From: Gemmatimonas sp.
GTDB taxonomy: Bacteria; Gemmatimonadota; Gemmatimonadetes; Gemmatimonadales; Gemmatimonadaceae
Assembly (NCBI GenBank): GCA_031414535.1
Contig: JANNVQ010000053.1
Span: 1-64,000 of the forward strand
Reading direction: 5' to 3'
Length of the DNA stretch: 64,000 nucleotides
Shown: piece by piece, positions 10,069-21,442 of the stretch
Position numbering within the stretch: position 1 is the first letter of the stretch
Layout: each line of letters begins with the position of its first letter
Translations under genes and position numbers: made by a program
The notes under the pieces: generated by a model
Databases searched by the model: none
What the model was told of the DNA's origin: nothing
Seen by the model: the letters and a program-made list of their open reading frames with translations, nothing else

Positions 10069-11031
10069 GTGAGCGCTTTCGAGCTCCCTCGTAATCCCGG
10101 CGCGCCGCTGGATCTCGACGTCGTGCGTGCGCTCCGTGTGAACAAGAGCGCGGCGGAACGCCGGGCCGCGACCATCGGCACGCGCCGTACGGTGAAGAAG
10201 GAGTATCAAGCGGCTTGGCTGGTGAAGGCCATCACGCTGATGGATCTCACCACGCTCTCCGGCGATGACACGGCGAGCAACGTGAAGCGGCTCTGCGCCA
10301 AGGCGCGTCGTCCGCTCCGTGATGATTTGGTGGAGAAGCTCAAGGTCGCCGATCTCAACATCACGGTTGGCGCGGTCTGCGTGTACCACCAGTGGGTGTC
10401 CACTGCCGTCGAAGCGCTTGAGGGCTCAGGGATTCCGGTTGCGGCGGTGAGTACAGGATTCCCAGCTGGCCTCTCGCCGTTTGAGCAGCGCGTGGAGGAG
10501 ATCTACAAGAGTGTTGCCGCTGGCGCCAAGGAAATTGATATCGTCATCACGCGCGGCCACGTGCTCACGGGCAACTGGCAGGCGCTGTACGATGAAGTGA
10601 AAGCATTCCGCGCCGCCTGCGGTGATGCGCACTTAAAGGCCATTCTCGCCACGGGCGAACTCGCCACGTTGACCAACGTGGCGCGCGCCAGCTGGGTGGC
10701 GATGCAGGCCGGCGCCGATTTCATCAAGACCAGCACCGGCAAGGAAGCCACCAACGCCACGCTGCCGTTCTCACTCGTGATGGTGCGCCAAATCCGCGAG
10801 TACGAAGCCGCGACGGGCTTCAAGGTGGGCTACAAGCCCGCCGGCGGCATTCGCACGTCCAAGCAGGCGCTGGAGTACTTGCTTTTGATGAAGGAAGAAC
10901 TCGGCACTCGTTGGCTGCAGCCTGATCTCTTCCGCTTTGGCGCCTCGAGTCTGCTCACCGACATCGAACGCCAGCTCGAACATTTCGTGACGGGTCGCTA
11001 TGCGGCGGCCCATCGCCACCCGATGCCTTGA
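10069..11031 (+). CDS. deoC: Deoxyribose-phosphate aldolase
   Basis: MDLTTLSGDDT, STGFPAG, GADFIKTSTGK, KPAGGIR, RFGASSLL. Confidence 0.96.
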   Translation: MSAFELPRNPGAPLDLDVVRALRVNKSAAERRAATIGTRRTVKKEYQAAWLVKAITLMDLTTLSGDDTASNVKRLCAKARRPLRDDLVEKLKVADLNITVGAVCVYHQWVSTAVEALEGSGIPVAAVSTGFPAGLSPFEQRVEEIYKSVAAGAKEIDIVITRGHVLTGNWQALYDEVKAFRAACGDAHLKAILATGELATLTNVARASWVAMQAGADFIKTSTGKEATNATLPFSLVMVRQIREYEAATGFKVGYKPAGGIRTSKQALEYLLLMKEELGTRWLQPDLFRFGASSLLTDIERQLEHFVTGRYAAAHRHPMP

Positions 11032-11042
11032 GGCCCGCACCA

Positions 11043-13439
11043 ATGGCCAGCGTAGCTGAGATCTTCCAGACGATGGACTACGGCCCCGCTCCCGAGAGCG
11101 ATTCCGAGGCGCGAGCCTGGCTTGCCAGGCACGGTGGCAAGTTTGGCCACTTTGTGAATGGCGCGTGGACAAAAGCGGGCTCCACCTTTGATGTCTTCGA
11201 TCCGAGCACTAACGGTTTGCTCGCGAAGGTATCGCAGGCGAGTGCAAAGGATGTGGATGCGGCCGTTGCGGCTGCGCGGAAGGCGTACACCAAGTGGAGC
11301 AAGCTCAGCGGCCACGAGCGAGCACGGCACTTGTACGCGTTGGCTCGCATGGTGCAGAAGCACTCCCGCCTGTTCGCCGTGCTCGAGACACTGGACAACG
11401 GCAAGAGCATCCGCGAGACGCGTGATCTCGACATCCCGTTGGTCGCGCGCCACTTCTATCATCACGCCGGTTGGGCCCAGCTCACCGAGCAGGAGTTCGC
11501 GGGCTACGGCTCCGTGGGTGTGGTGGGGCAGATTATTCCGTGGAACTTCCCGCTGCTGATGCTGGCTTGGAAGGTGGCGCCGGCACTCGCGGCAGGAAAC
11601 ACCGTGGTGATGAAGCCCGCCGAGTTTACACCGCTGTCGGCACTGCTCTTTGCCGAACTCGCGCACGAGGCAGGGTTACCGCCGGGCGTGCTCAACATCA
11701 TCACCGGCGACGGCAAGACCGGCGCGGCGATGGTGGAGCACAAGGGCATAGATAAGATTGCGTTCACGGGCTCCACCGAAGTCGGTAAGATTATTCGCCG
11801 CGCCACGGCTGGCAGCGGCAAGAAGCTTTCGCTCGAGCTCGGTGGGAAGTCGCCGTTCATCGTGTACGAGGATGCGGACCTCGACGCCGTGGTGGAAGGC
11901 GTGGTGGATGCGATTTGGTTTAATCAGGGCCAGGTCTGCTGCGCGGGCTCGCGTCTGCTCGTGCAGGAAGGCATTCACGATCGCTTGATTGAGAAGCTCC
12001 GCGCGCGCATGGAGACCCTGCGCGTGGGTAAGCCGCTCGATAAGGCCGTGGATATGGGCGCGATTGTCGCACCCGAGCAACTGGAGCGTATCACCGCTCT
12101 TGTGAAGCAGGGCAAGGACGAAGGCGCCACGATGTGGCAGCCGAGTTGGAGCGTGCCCAAGAACGGCTGCTTCTATCCGCCCACGTTGTTTACCAACGTC
12201 GAGCCAGCCAGCACGATTGCGCAGGTGGAGATCTTCGGCCCCGTGCTCGTGACGATGACCTTCCGCACGCCCGAAGAGTCCGTCGCACTGGCCAACAACA
12301 CGCCCTATGGCCTCGCGGCGAGTGTGTGGAGCGAGAATATCAATCTTGCGCTGGATATCGCGCCCAAGCTGAAGGCCGGCGTGGTCTGGATCAACGCGAC
12401 GAATCTGTTTGATGCGGCCGCTGGCTTCGGTGGGTACCGCGAGAGCGGGTTCGGCCGAGAAGGTGGGCGTGAGGGGATGTATGAATACCTGCGAAAAGTG
12501 GACGGAAGACGGATGACGGACGCGAAGAGCGTCCGCGCTACGAAGTCCGTTCGCGCGCCAAAGGTAGAAGCATCCGTCATCCGCCATCCGTCCGAAATCG
12601 ACCGCACCCCCAAGCTCTTCATCGCAGGCAAGCAGACCCGCCCCGACAGCGGCTACTCGCGTATCATCACTGACGCCCGCGGGCGGCGCGTTGGTGAAGT
12701 TGGCGAAGGAAACCGAAAGGACATCCGCAACGCTGTGGAGGCTGCGCACGCTGCGGCAAAGGGATGGAGTAAGGCTACGGGCCACCTGCGCGCGCAAATT
12801 CTTTTCTATATTGCCGAGAATTTGAGTGCGCGGGGTGATGAGTTCGCGGCGCGCTTGCGTGCCAGCACCGGCGCAACGCCTGCGCACGCGAAGGCTGAGG
12901 TGAATGCCGCTGTTGCGCGTCTGTTTAGCTATGGCGCCTGGGCAGATAAGTGGGATGGCGCCGTGCATAACGTGCCCATTCGCGGCGTAGCGCTACAGAT
13001 GAACGAGCCGATCGGAGTCGTAGCCGTTGCTGCCCCGGATGAAGCACCGCTGCTCGGCTTCATCTCCAGCATTGCGCCGCTCATCGCAACGGGCAACGCC
13101 GTCGTCGCCGTGCCGAGCGAAGCGCATCCGCTCTCGGCGACGGATCTCTACACCGTCTTCGAAAGCTCCGATCTTCCTGGCGGCGTGGTGAACATCGTCA
13201 CGGGCGGCAAGGAGTCGCTGGCCAAGACGCTCGCCGAGCACGATGACGTGGAGGGCATGTGGTACTGGGGCGCGCGCGAGGGCGTGAAGGCCGTGGAGCT
13301 CGCAAGCGCGCACAACATGAAGCGCACGTGGTGCCACGCGGGTGCTACCGATTGGTACGACGTGGCCGAGGGCGAGGGCCGAGAGTTCCTACGCGAGGCC
13401 ACGCAGGTGAAGAACATCTGGATTCCTTACGGGGAGTGA
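11043..13439 (+). CDS. Two-domain aldehyde dehydrogenase (ALDH16-like), probably acting on DeoC-derived acetaldehyde
   Basis: IIPWNFP, FTGSTEVG, LELGGKSP, catalytic GQVCCAG, EIFGPV, followed by a second partial ALDH domain. In-frame TTG at 11028 is an alternative coupled start. Confidence 0.93.
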   Translation: MASVAEIFQTMDYGPAPESDSEARAWLARHGGKFGHFVNGAWTKAGSTFDVFDPSTNGLLAKVSQASAKDVDAAVAAARKAYTKWSKLSGHERARHLYALARMVQKHSRLFAVLETLDNGKSIRETRDLDIPLVARHFYHHAGWAQLTEQEFAGYGSVGVVGQIIPWNFPLLMLAWKVAPALAAGNTVVMKPAEFTPLSALLFAELAHEAGLPPGVLNIITGDGKTGAAMVEHKGIDKIAFTGSTEVGKIIRRATAGSGKKLSLELGGKSPFIVYEDADLDAVVEGVVDAIWFNQGQVCCAGSRLLVQEGIHDRLIEKLRARMETLRVGKPLDKAVDMGAIVAPEQLERITALVKQGKDEGATMWQPSWSVPKNGCFYPPTLFTNVEPASTIAQVEIFGPVLVTMTFRTPEESVALANNTPYGLAASVWSENINLALDIAPKLKAGVVWINATNLFDAAAGFGGYRESGFGREGGREGMYEYLRKVDGRRMTDAKSVRATKSVRAPKVEASVIRHPSEIDRTPKLFIAGKQTRPDSGYSRIITDARGRRVGEVGEGNRKDIRNAVEAAHAAAKGWSKATGHLRAQILFYIAENLSARGDEFAARLRASTGATPAHAKAEVNAAVARLFSYGAWADKWDGAVHNVPIRGVALQMNEPIGVVAVAAPDEAPLLGFISSIAPLIATGNAVVAVPSEAHPLSATDLYTVFESSDLPGGVVNIVTGGKESLAKTLAEHDDVEGMWYWGAREGVKAVELASAHNMKRTWCHAGATDWYDVAEGEGREFLREATQVKNIWIPYGE
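12500..12593. repeat. Intragenic inverted repeat built from GACGGA(T/A)/CCGTCAT heptamers (24-bp arms, 21/24 complementary)
   Basis: GGACGGAAGACGGATGACGGACGC (12500-12523) and GCATCCGTCATCCGCCATCCGTCC (12570-12593). Confidence 0.85.
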
Positions 13440-13461
13440 CGGCATCGCCCTCGCGATGCCG
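13440..13461. terminator. GC-rich hairpin right after the ALDH stop, between convergent genes (no U tract)
   Basis: CGGCATCGC CCTC GCGATGCCG, perfect 9-bp stem. Confidence 0.45.
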
Positions 13462-13511
13462 CCGGAACTCATACTGCGGTACCGAGAAGTAGCAGCCCGT
13501 GGCACGGCACC

Positions 13512-14060
13512 CTAAACGTCAAAAGCCCCGCGAAACCCACGCGCCGCATAGTACGACTGCGCGCCGTTGTGATACGTGAACACCTGCCCGTAGCGGCGGT
13601 CGCAGAACAGTGCGCCGCCTTGCCTGCGAATCTCGCTGGGCGTGGCAATCCAGCTCGACGTCTTGAGGTCAAACTCACCGAGCGCCTGTAGCGCGCGATA
13701 CTCATTGTCGCTCAGCAAGCGGATGCCCACCTTCGTGGCCATCTCCATCGCGCTGCCGGAGGGCTTGGCTTCCTTCCTCGCGTCGAGCGCCTCGCGGTCG
13801 AAGCAGAGACTGCGCCGTCCCGCAGGACTCTCGGCGGAGCAATCGGTGAAGGTGAGGCGTCCGGACTTCTTGTCGAAGCCAGTGACATCGGGCTCTCCGC
13901 CGCTGTCCTCCATGGCTTGGAGCACCCTGAGCGCGGCGCTGTTCGTCTCAAGGCGCTTCGTCACGTCGGCCCATCGAAGGCCGGGATGCCGAGTAGAATA
14001 CGCCGTGAATCGCGCTTCGAGCACGCCGATCAGGCCTGAGGCCGCCTTCGGTTTTGGCAT
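13512..14060 (-). CDS. DUF4256-family protein
   Basis: MEDSGGEPDV, DCSAESPAGRRSLCFD, FDLKTSSW, GGALFCDRRY, YHNGAQSYYAARGFRG. Confidence 0.88.
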   Translation of the reverse strand: MPKPKAASGLIGVLEARFTAYSTRHPGLRWADVTKRLETNSAALRVLQAMEDSGGEPDVTGFDKKSGRLTFTDCSAESPAGRRSLCFDREALDARKEAKPSGSAMEMATKVGIRLLSDNEYRALQALGEFDLKTSSWIATPSEIRRQGGALFCDRRYGQVFTYHNGAQSYYAARGFRGAFDV

Positions 14061-14083
14061 CGGTCAACCCCTGGGCAGAGAGT

Positions 14084-15250
14084 TCAATTGCGCATTTGGC
14101 TGCGCCGGAGCCGATAGAGCTCGAGCAGCGGAACACCCGCCTCGTTGTCTACACGTCGGCCGAGGACGTAGTCTGCTCCAATCTCGTAGACCTCTAAAGC
14201 GCTGGGCAGCGTGATTGTCGCGCGCAGCCGATCTTCGGCGTCGAATACCTGCCACGTGACCGATGAGGCGCTCGCTCTCGGTGGCGGCTGTATCCACACA
14301 AATCCATCGCTGTCCACGAGGAGCGCGCTCACATTGCTCTTCGTCGTGGGGTAGGTGATCTCACCATACTCGCGCTCGATGGCGCGTCGCCGTGACTCGC
14401 CGTCATTGAGCACTTCGTTCTCAATGATCACCCGGATGTCGTCCGACGTGACGGGCGGCGCGCTGTCGGCGAGTGTGATGCGACCGAGCGAATCGCCATT
14501 GAGGTCGAGGACTCGCACGCCGGCCACATCACCCGTGGCGATGTATATGCGGGTTGCGCTGATGCCGAGCACTGGTTGCTTGCCGAATGGGAGCGGACGT
14601 GAGCCGACGACCTGGCCTTCCATAACACGTCCCCACCGTTCAGACCCTGCCACATCGCCAATCAACGTTGGCGAAGAATCCGGTGCCGCCGTGATCCACG
14701 CGGGGACAGTATCGCGATGATACTCCGGCCGTGTCCCTCCGCTCGTACTCCAGCCCAAGTGGACGAAGCGGCCGCTAGCATTGCAGGCTGAAGCGTACGG
14801 CGCCTGCTGCGTTGCGGGCACCACGAAGCGGAACTCGCGCTGGTGCTCGCCGTTGAGCGACCACTGCAAGACGCGCCATCCATCGATATCGAGCGTGTAG
14901 ACGGCGTCGCCACAACGAAAGAGGCGAGCGAGATACGTAATCTCCGTCGGTCCCTGTCCCTTGCGCGTGACTCGTTGCTGAAAGCCGCCGTCGGCCGTGA
15001 ACAACTTGAGCGGCGCATCCCCAAGGTCCGCAACGAGAATGCGCCCATCCGGCAATCGCGTCGCGCCGGTGATGCGCTCAAAGGCTGCGTCGAGGTTCTC
15101 CGCATCACTCAAGCCAATAGACAACGCGGGCGCAGCATCAACCGACCAGACCTCGGCGGCGCCTTCGCGCGAAACATTCTCTCCGCCGCAACCGGATGCG
15201 ATGACAAGGCCACTAGCCCAAACACCAGGGCGTCTCAGTGTGCGAAGCAT
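14084..15250 (-). CDS. Secreted 6-bladed beta-propeller (NHL-like) lipoprotein
   Basis: Lipobox-like IASGC, LPDGRILVAD, RKGQGPTEI, LLVDSDGFVWI, WQVFDAEDRLRATITLP. Confidence 0.75.
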   Translation of the reverse strand: MLRTLRRPGVWASGLVIASGCGGENVSREGAAEVWSVDAAPALSIGLSDAENLDAAFERITGATRLPDGRILVADLGDAPLKLFTADGGFQQRVTRKGQGPTEITYLARLFRCGDAVYTLDIDGWRVLQWSLNGEHQREFRFVVPATQQAPYASACNASGRFVHLGWSTSGGTRPEYHRDTVPAWITAAPDSSPTLIGDVAGSERWGRVMEGQVVGSRPLPFGKQPVLGISATRIYIATGDVAGVRVLDLNGDSLGRITLADSAPPVTSDDIRVIIENEVLNDGESRRRAIEREYGEITYPTTKSNVSALLVDSDGFVWIQPPPRASASSVTWQVFDAEDRLRATITLPSALEVYEIGADYVLGRRVDNEAGVPLLELYRLRRSQMRN

Positions 15251-15312
15251 TCAAAGAAAATGCAGTCTGCACCACCCCGCCGCCAGCAGTGGCCGCGGTA
15301 GCCTCTGTACTG

Positions 15313-15340
15313 CTCCGAGCCTCCGTGCCTCCGTGGTGAA
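15313..15340. repeat. Solo arm of the octamer repeat element (CTCCGAGC CTCCGTGC CTCCGTGG TGAA)
   Basis: 28/28 identical to 33362-33389; lies 7 nt downstream of the tgt stop. Confidence 0.9.
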
Positions 15341-15347
15341 AAGCCGT

Positions 15348-17449
<2,102 letters not shown>

Positions 17450-17482
17450 CGCTTTCTGGGGTCCGGTAATCTTGAGGGTTCG

Positions 17483-18577
17483 ATGCCCAATGAATCTAGT
17501 CTCGCGGCCGTACCACGCGCTTGGGTCGAGGTTGATCTCGACGCCTTGGTCCGTAACGCGCGGGCCTTAGAGCGGCACGCCCAGACTCGCCTCCTGCCGA
17601 TGGTCAAAGCCGACGCCTACGGACTTGGCGCGGTACCTGTGGCAGGCGCGCTGGAGAAGCTCAATCCCATCGCGTTTGGCGTGTCGTCCATCGTTGAGGG
17701 CGAAGAGCTGCGCGGCGCGGGATTTGCGCGCCCCATCGTAGTGTTCACGCCCACCCTGCCTCGTGACCTCGAGCGCCTGAAGCAGGCGAATCTCACTCCG
17801 TCGTTGGCGTCCAACGAGGGCATCCATCAATGGCAGGGCCTGGGTGGCGGCGCCTGGCATCTCGCCATCGAGACGGGCATGCAGCGCGCCGGTATCGATT
17901 GGCTGGCTGTGCCGAGTCTGCACGAGGCTATCCGCGCTTGCCCGCCCGAGGGAGCGTTTACGCATTTCCACTCGGCCGAACTCGACAACGGCTCGCTCGA
18001 GGAGCAGGAACGGCGCTTCCGGTCTGCGGTGGACGCGCTCCCAGCAAAACCGAAGCTCCTGCACACCGAGAACTCGGCGGCAATCGTACGCCGGCAGACG
18101 TCACCGTGGGACTGCATGCGCCCCGGCGTGTTTCTCTACGGCGTGGGGTCCGGCACCACGGCGGCGCTACAGCCGGAGCCGGTGGTGCACCTGCGCGCGC
18201 AAATTGTCGAGATTCGCGAAATCAGCAGGGGTGACACGGTCAGCTATGACGCCACCTGGACCGCAGCGGGCCCGCGGACCATCGCAACCATCGCCGTGGG
18301 GTATGGTGACGGATACCGGCGGCACCTGAGCAATGTGGGGCGTGCAATCCTGCGCGATGTGTTGGCGCCTGTGGCCGGCATCGTGACGATGGACATGACC
18401 ATGCTCGACGTCACCGGGCTGAATGCGAAAGAGGGCGATGTTGTCACCTTGCTCGGCCGCGATGGCGCTCAGGTGCTCAGCGCAGAGACCGTGGCGGACT
18501 TGGCAAAGATGTCGGCCTATGAACTGTTGGCGGGGCTGCGGCAGCGCTTGCAACGCGTGTACACCGGAGAGCAGTGA
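17483..18577 (+). CDS. alr: Alanine racemase
   Basis: MVKADAYGLG PLP lysine, ETGMQRAG, RPGVFLYG, GYGDG, TMDMTM. Start moved to ATG 17483. Confidence 0.94.
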   Translation: MPNESSLAAVPRAWVEVDLDALVRNARALERHAQTRLLPMVKADAYGLGAVPVAGALEKLNPIAFGVSSIVEGEELRGAGFARPIVVFTPTLPRDLERLKQANLTPSLASNEGIHQWQGLGGGAWHLAIETGMQRAGIDWLAVPSLHEAIRACPPEGAFTHFHSAELDNGSLEEQERRFRSAVDALPAKPKLLHTENSAAIVRRQTSPWDCMRPGVFLYGVGSGTTAALQPEPVVHLRAQIVEIREISRGDTVSYDATWTAAGPRTIATIAVGYGDGYRRHLSNVGRAILRDVLAPVAGIVTMDMTMLDVTGLNAKEGDVVTLLGRDGAQVLSAETVADLAKMSAYELLAGLRQRLQRVYTGEQ

Positions 18578-19743
18578 TGGCACGTCGGGCAATCATCCTC
18601 GTATTGGACGGAGTGGGCATCGGTGAGGCCCACGATGTGGCGGCGTATGGCGATGAGGGATCGCACACGCTGGGGAACGTGGCGCGCGCCGTGGGTGGTC
18701 TGCAGGTCCCGAACCTCGCGGCCGCCGGACTCGGCAACATCACACCGCTCGTCGGCGTGATTCCAGCCAGCACGCCCACGGGCGCCTATGGCATGATGGA
18801 GCCGCAGTCCGCTGGCAAGGACAGCACCACTGGCCATTGGGAGATTGCGGGCGTGCATCTGCTCAAGCCATTCCCCACGTATCCCGCGGGCTTCCCGCCT
18901 GAGGTAATCGCGGAGTTCGAGCGTCGCACGGGCCGCGGTGTGATTGGCAACGTGGTGGGCTCGGGCACGAAGGTGCTCGATGATTTCGGCGAGGAACACC
19001 AGCGAACCGGAAAGTGGATTGTGTACACCTCGGCGGATTCTGTGTTTCAGATTGCCGCCCACGAGGAGACCATCCCGCTCGAGGAGCTATACGCCGCCTG
19101 CGAGACTGCTCGTGCGATGCTGGTAGCGCCGCACAATCCTTCACGCGTCATCGCGCGCCCTTTCCTCGGGCAGCCGGGCGATTGGGCGCGCACCGGCAAC
19201 CGCCGCGACTATTCCATCGCCCCCACGGAGGAAACGCTTCTCGATGCCCTTGAGGCGGCGGGCATACCGCGCACCGGGGTAGGGAAGGTGGACGACCTAT
19301 TTGCCTGCCGCGGACTGAAGGGCGGGCACACCTCGGGCAACCCCGACGGAATCGCCAAGATTTTAGAGTGGATTTCCCGCGGACCGGATGGGTTGTTGTT
19401 CGCCAACCTTGTAGATTTCGACCAAGCCTATGGGCACCGGAACGACGTTCCGGGGTTCCACCAAGCATTGCGCGACTTTGACGCCGCGCTCCCGAACATC
19501 ATTGCCGCCCTCCGCGAGGACGACCTGCTCTTCATTACCGCCGATCACGGCAACGACCCGACCACGCCGTCCACGGACCATTCAAGGGAGAACGTCCCCT
19601 TGCTGGTGCTCGGGCGATGCGTGCGTCCGCAGTCGTTGGGCGTACGTGGCACGTTCTCCGACTTGGGCGCCACCGTGGCCGAGTGGTTGGGCGTGGCGTT
19701 TCGCGGCAAGGGTAGCTCCTTCTGCTCCACCCTCGTCGCATGA
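18577..19743 (+). CDS. deoB: Phosphopentomutase
   Basis: VLDGVGIG, GKDSTTGHWE, YTSADSVFQIAAHE, GHRND, TADHGNDPT. Confidence 0.96.
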   Translation: MARRAIILVLDGVGIGEAHDVAAYGDEGSHTLGNVARAVGGLQVPNLAAAGLGNITPLVGVIPASTPTGAYGMMEPQSAGKDSTTGHWEIAGVHLLKPFPTYPAGFPPEVIAEFERRTGRGVIGNVVGSGTKVLDDFGEEHQRTGKWIVYTSADSVFQIAAHEETIPLEELYAACETARAMLVAPHNPSRVIARPFLGQPGDWARTGNRRDYSIAPTEETLLDALEAAGIPRTGVGKVDDLFACRGLKGGHTSGNPDGIAKILEWISRGPDGLLFANLVDFDQAYGHRNDVPGFHQALRDFDAALPNIIAALREDDLLFITADHGNDPTTPSTDHSRENVPLLVLGRCVRPQSLGVRGTFSDLGATVAEWLGVAFRGKGSSFCSTLVA

Positions 19744-20150
19744 GCCTCAGCCCAGCGCAGGAACAGTTGCTCACTGAGCGCGCCCGCGCGGCCAAGGGTC
19801 GTGCGTATGCGCCGTATTCCAAGTTTTACGTCGGGGCGGCCTTGCTCTGCGCCGACGGCTCAATTGTTGATGGCTGCAACGTCGAGAACGCCTCGTATCC
19901 GGCCGGCACCTGCGCCGAACGCGTGGCTCTTGGCGCAGCCGTTGTCGCCGGACACCGGGAGTTCACGGCTGTGGCCATTGCCACGGACGCTCCCTCGGCG
20001 ACTCCCCCTTGTGGGATCTGCCGGCAGGCGTTGGCTGAGTTTGCACCGGGCATTGCGGTGGTCGCGCTAGACGCGAGCGGCCGCACCACTCGGTGGACGC
20101 TTAGCGAACTGCTGCCGAATCCCTTCACGCCCGCCTCGCTCCACAACTGA
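19740..20150 (+). CDS. cdd: Cytidine deaminase
   Basis: AYAPYSKF, GCNVENASY, CAER, PCGICRQ. Confidence 0.96.
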   Translation: MSLSPAQEQLLTERARAAKGRAYAPYSKFYVGAALLCADGSIVDGCNVENASYPAGTCAERVALGAAVVAGHREFTAVAIATDAPSATPPCGICRQALAEFAPGIAVVALDASGRTTRWTLSELLPNPFTPASLHN

Positions 20151-21442
20151 TGTCTCGACGTCTCCGTGCTTTTTGGTTGGTCCTTGCTATCCCGATGGTG
20201 GCTGCGGTTGGTGCCTGCACCGAGGATTTGCAGACGGGTAGGTCCTGCCCGCTCCTCTGCCCAGGTCAGGAAATCGAGGTCAGGGACACGATCATCGACA
20301 ATATCGTGGTGCTCGACAGCAGTTTGGTCGGGTTCCCGTTCCAGGGTAGCGAAGAGCCGCTGCTGATGGCTCGGCTCGGCGACTCGCTGGACGTGCGTCC
20401 GGTTGTGCGCTTTGACACCTTGACGCGCACCTTCTTGCCTACCGGCTCGTCGATTCCCGAGGCTATTACCGATCTCGATTCGGCGTTCGTCAACGTGTTT
20501 CTCACCGCCTCCACGGTCCCAACGCCGGCCCAGTGGTTCATCGACATCTACAATGTGTGGGATTCCACGCTCGTTGATACCGTGCCGGGGCAACTGATCC
20601 CGCTGTTTAACCCCGCTAATCGCATCGGGACCTATCAGGGCGATACGGTGTTCACGGACACCTTACGCATCAAGATTCCGATTGACACCGCGTACCTGCG
20701 TACCTTGCTAGGGACCTTCGATCAGCGCCTGCGCATCGGCTTTCAGGTCCGCGCGGCCGTGCCGGTGATGTTCCTGATGAACTCGTTCGAGGCTGGGAAC
20801 GGCGCCACCTTGCAGTACAAGATCATCACGGCAGACTCCACGGTGCCGCCACTTCGTACTGCACAGCCCACCTCGCTGACGCCGGTCGCTCCGCTGCAGC
20901 TCGCGGGCGACTTGCTGGATTTTCAGATTGTCGTCGCCGCGCCCAATCACGCGCTGGCCAACACCTTCTATGCAGGCGGCCTGCCGGGCTCGCGCGCGTA
21001 TCTTCGCTTTGAGCTACCGGCGTGGGTGACGGACTCGGTCGGTCTCCTACGCGCGGAACTCCTGCTCTCGCAGTCGCCGATCAGCGGACCGGCGTCTAAC
21101 GACTCCTTGCTGGTGGACGCGCACCTCATCGTTGCCAACGCGACGATTCCGAACCTATTCCGCGCCGCCACTCTGCTCTCACCAGCCGGAATCTTTGCGC
21201 CGAGCTTCCGCGTGCTGCCTTCTGAAGTGCGGACGATTCGCCTCAACATCAATACTCTCGTGCGGCAGTGGAACACCACCAACACAGCCCGCGCACTTCC
21301 AACGGCAATCCTGCTTCGCGTCAACCGTGAAGGCGGGACGCCCGCGGCGGCGCGCTTCTTCAGCAACGAATCTCCGAACCCAGCGTTGCGGCCGCGTTTG
21401 CGCTTGAGCTACACGCCGACCACCATCCTGGGGCGCCCATGA
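20150..21442 (+). CDS. Hypothetical lipoprotein, beta-rich
   Basis: Signal peptide with lipobox VGAC; C-terminal RFFSNE...RPRLRLSY; coupled to cdd by TGATG. Confidence 0.7.
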   Translation: MSRRLRAFWLVLAIPMVAAVGACTEDLQTGRSCPLLCPGQEIEVRDTIIDNIVVLDSSLVGFPFQGSEEPLLMARLGDSLDVRPVVRFDTLTRTFLPTGSSIPEAITDLDSAFVNVFLTASTVPTPAQWFIDIYNVWDSTLVDTVPGQLIPLFNPANRIGTYQGDTVFTDTLRIKIPIDTAYLRTLLGTFDQRLRIGFQVRAAVPVMFLMNSFEAGNGATLQYKIITADSTVPPLRTAQPTSLTPVAPLQLAGDLLDFQIVVAAPNHALANTFYAGGLPGSRAYLRFELPAWVTDSVGLLRAELLLSQSPISGPASNDSLLVDAHLIVANATIPNLFRAATLLSPAGIFAPSFRVLPSEVRTIRLNINTLVRQWNTTNTARALPTAILLRVNREGGTPAAARFFSNESPNPALRPRLRLSYTPTTILGRP

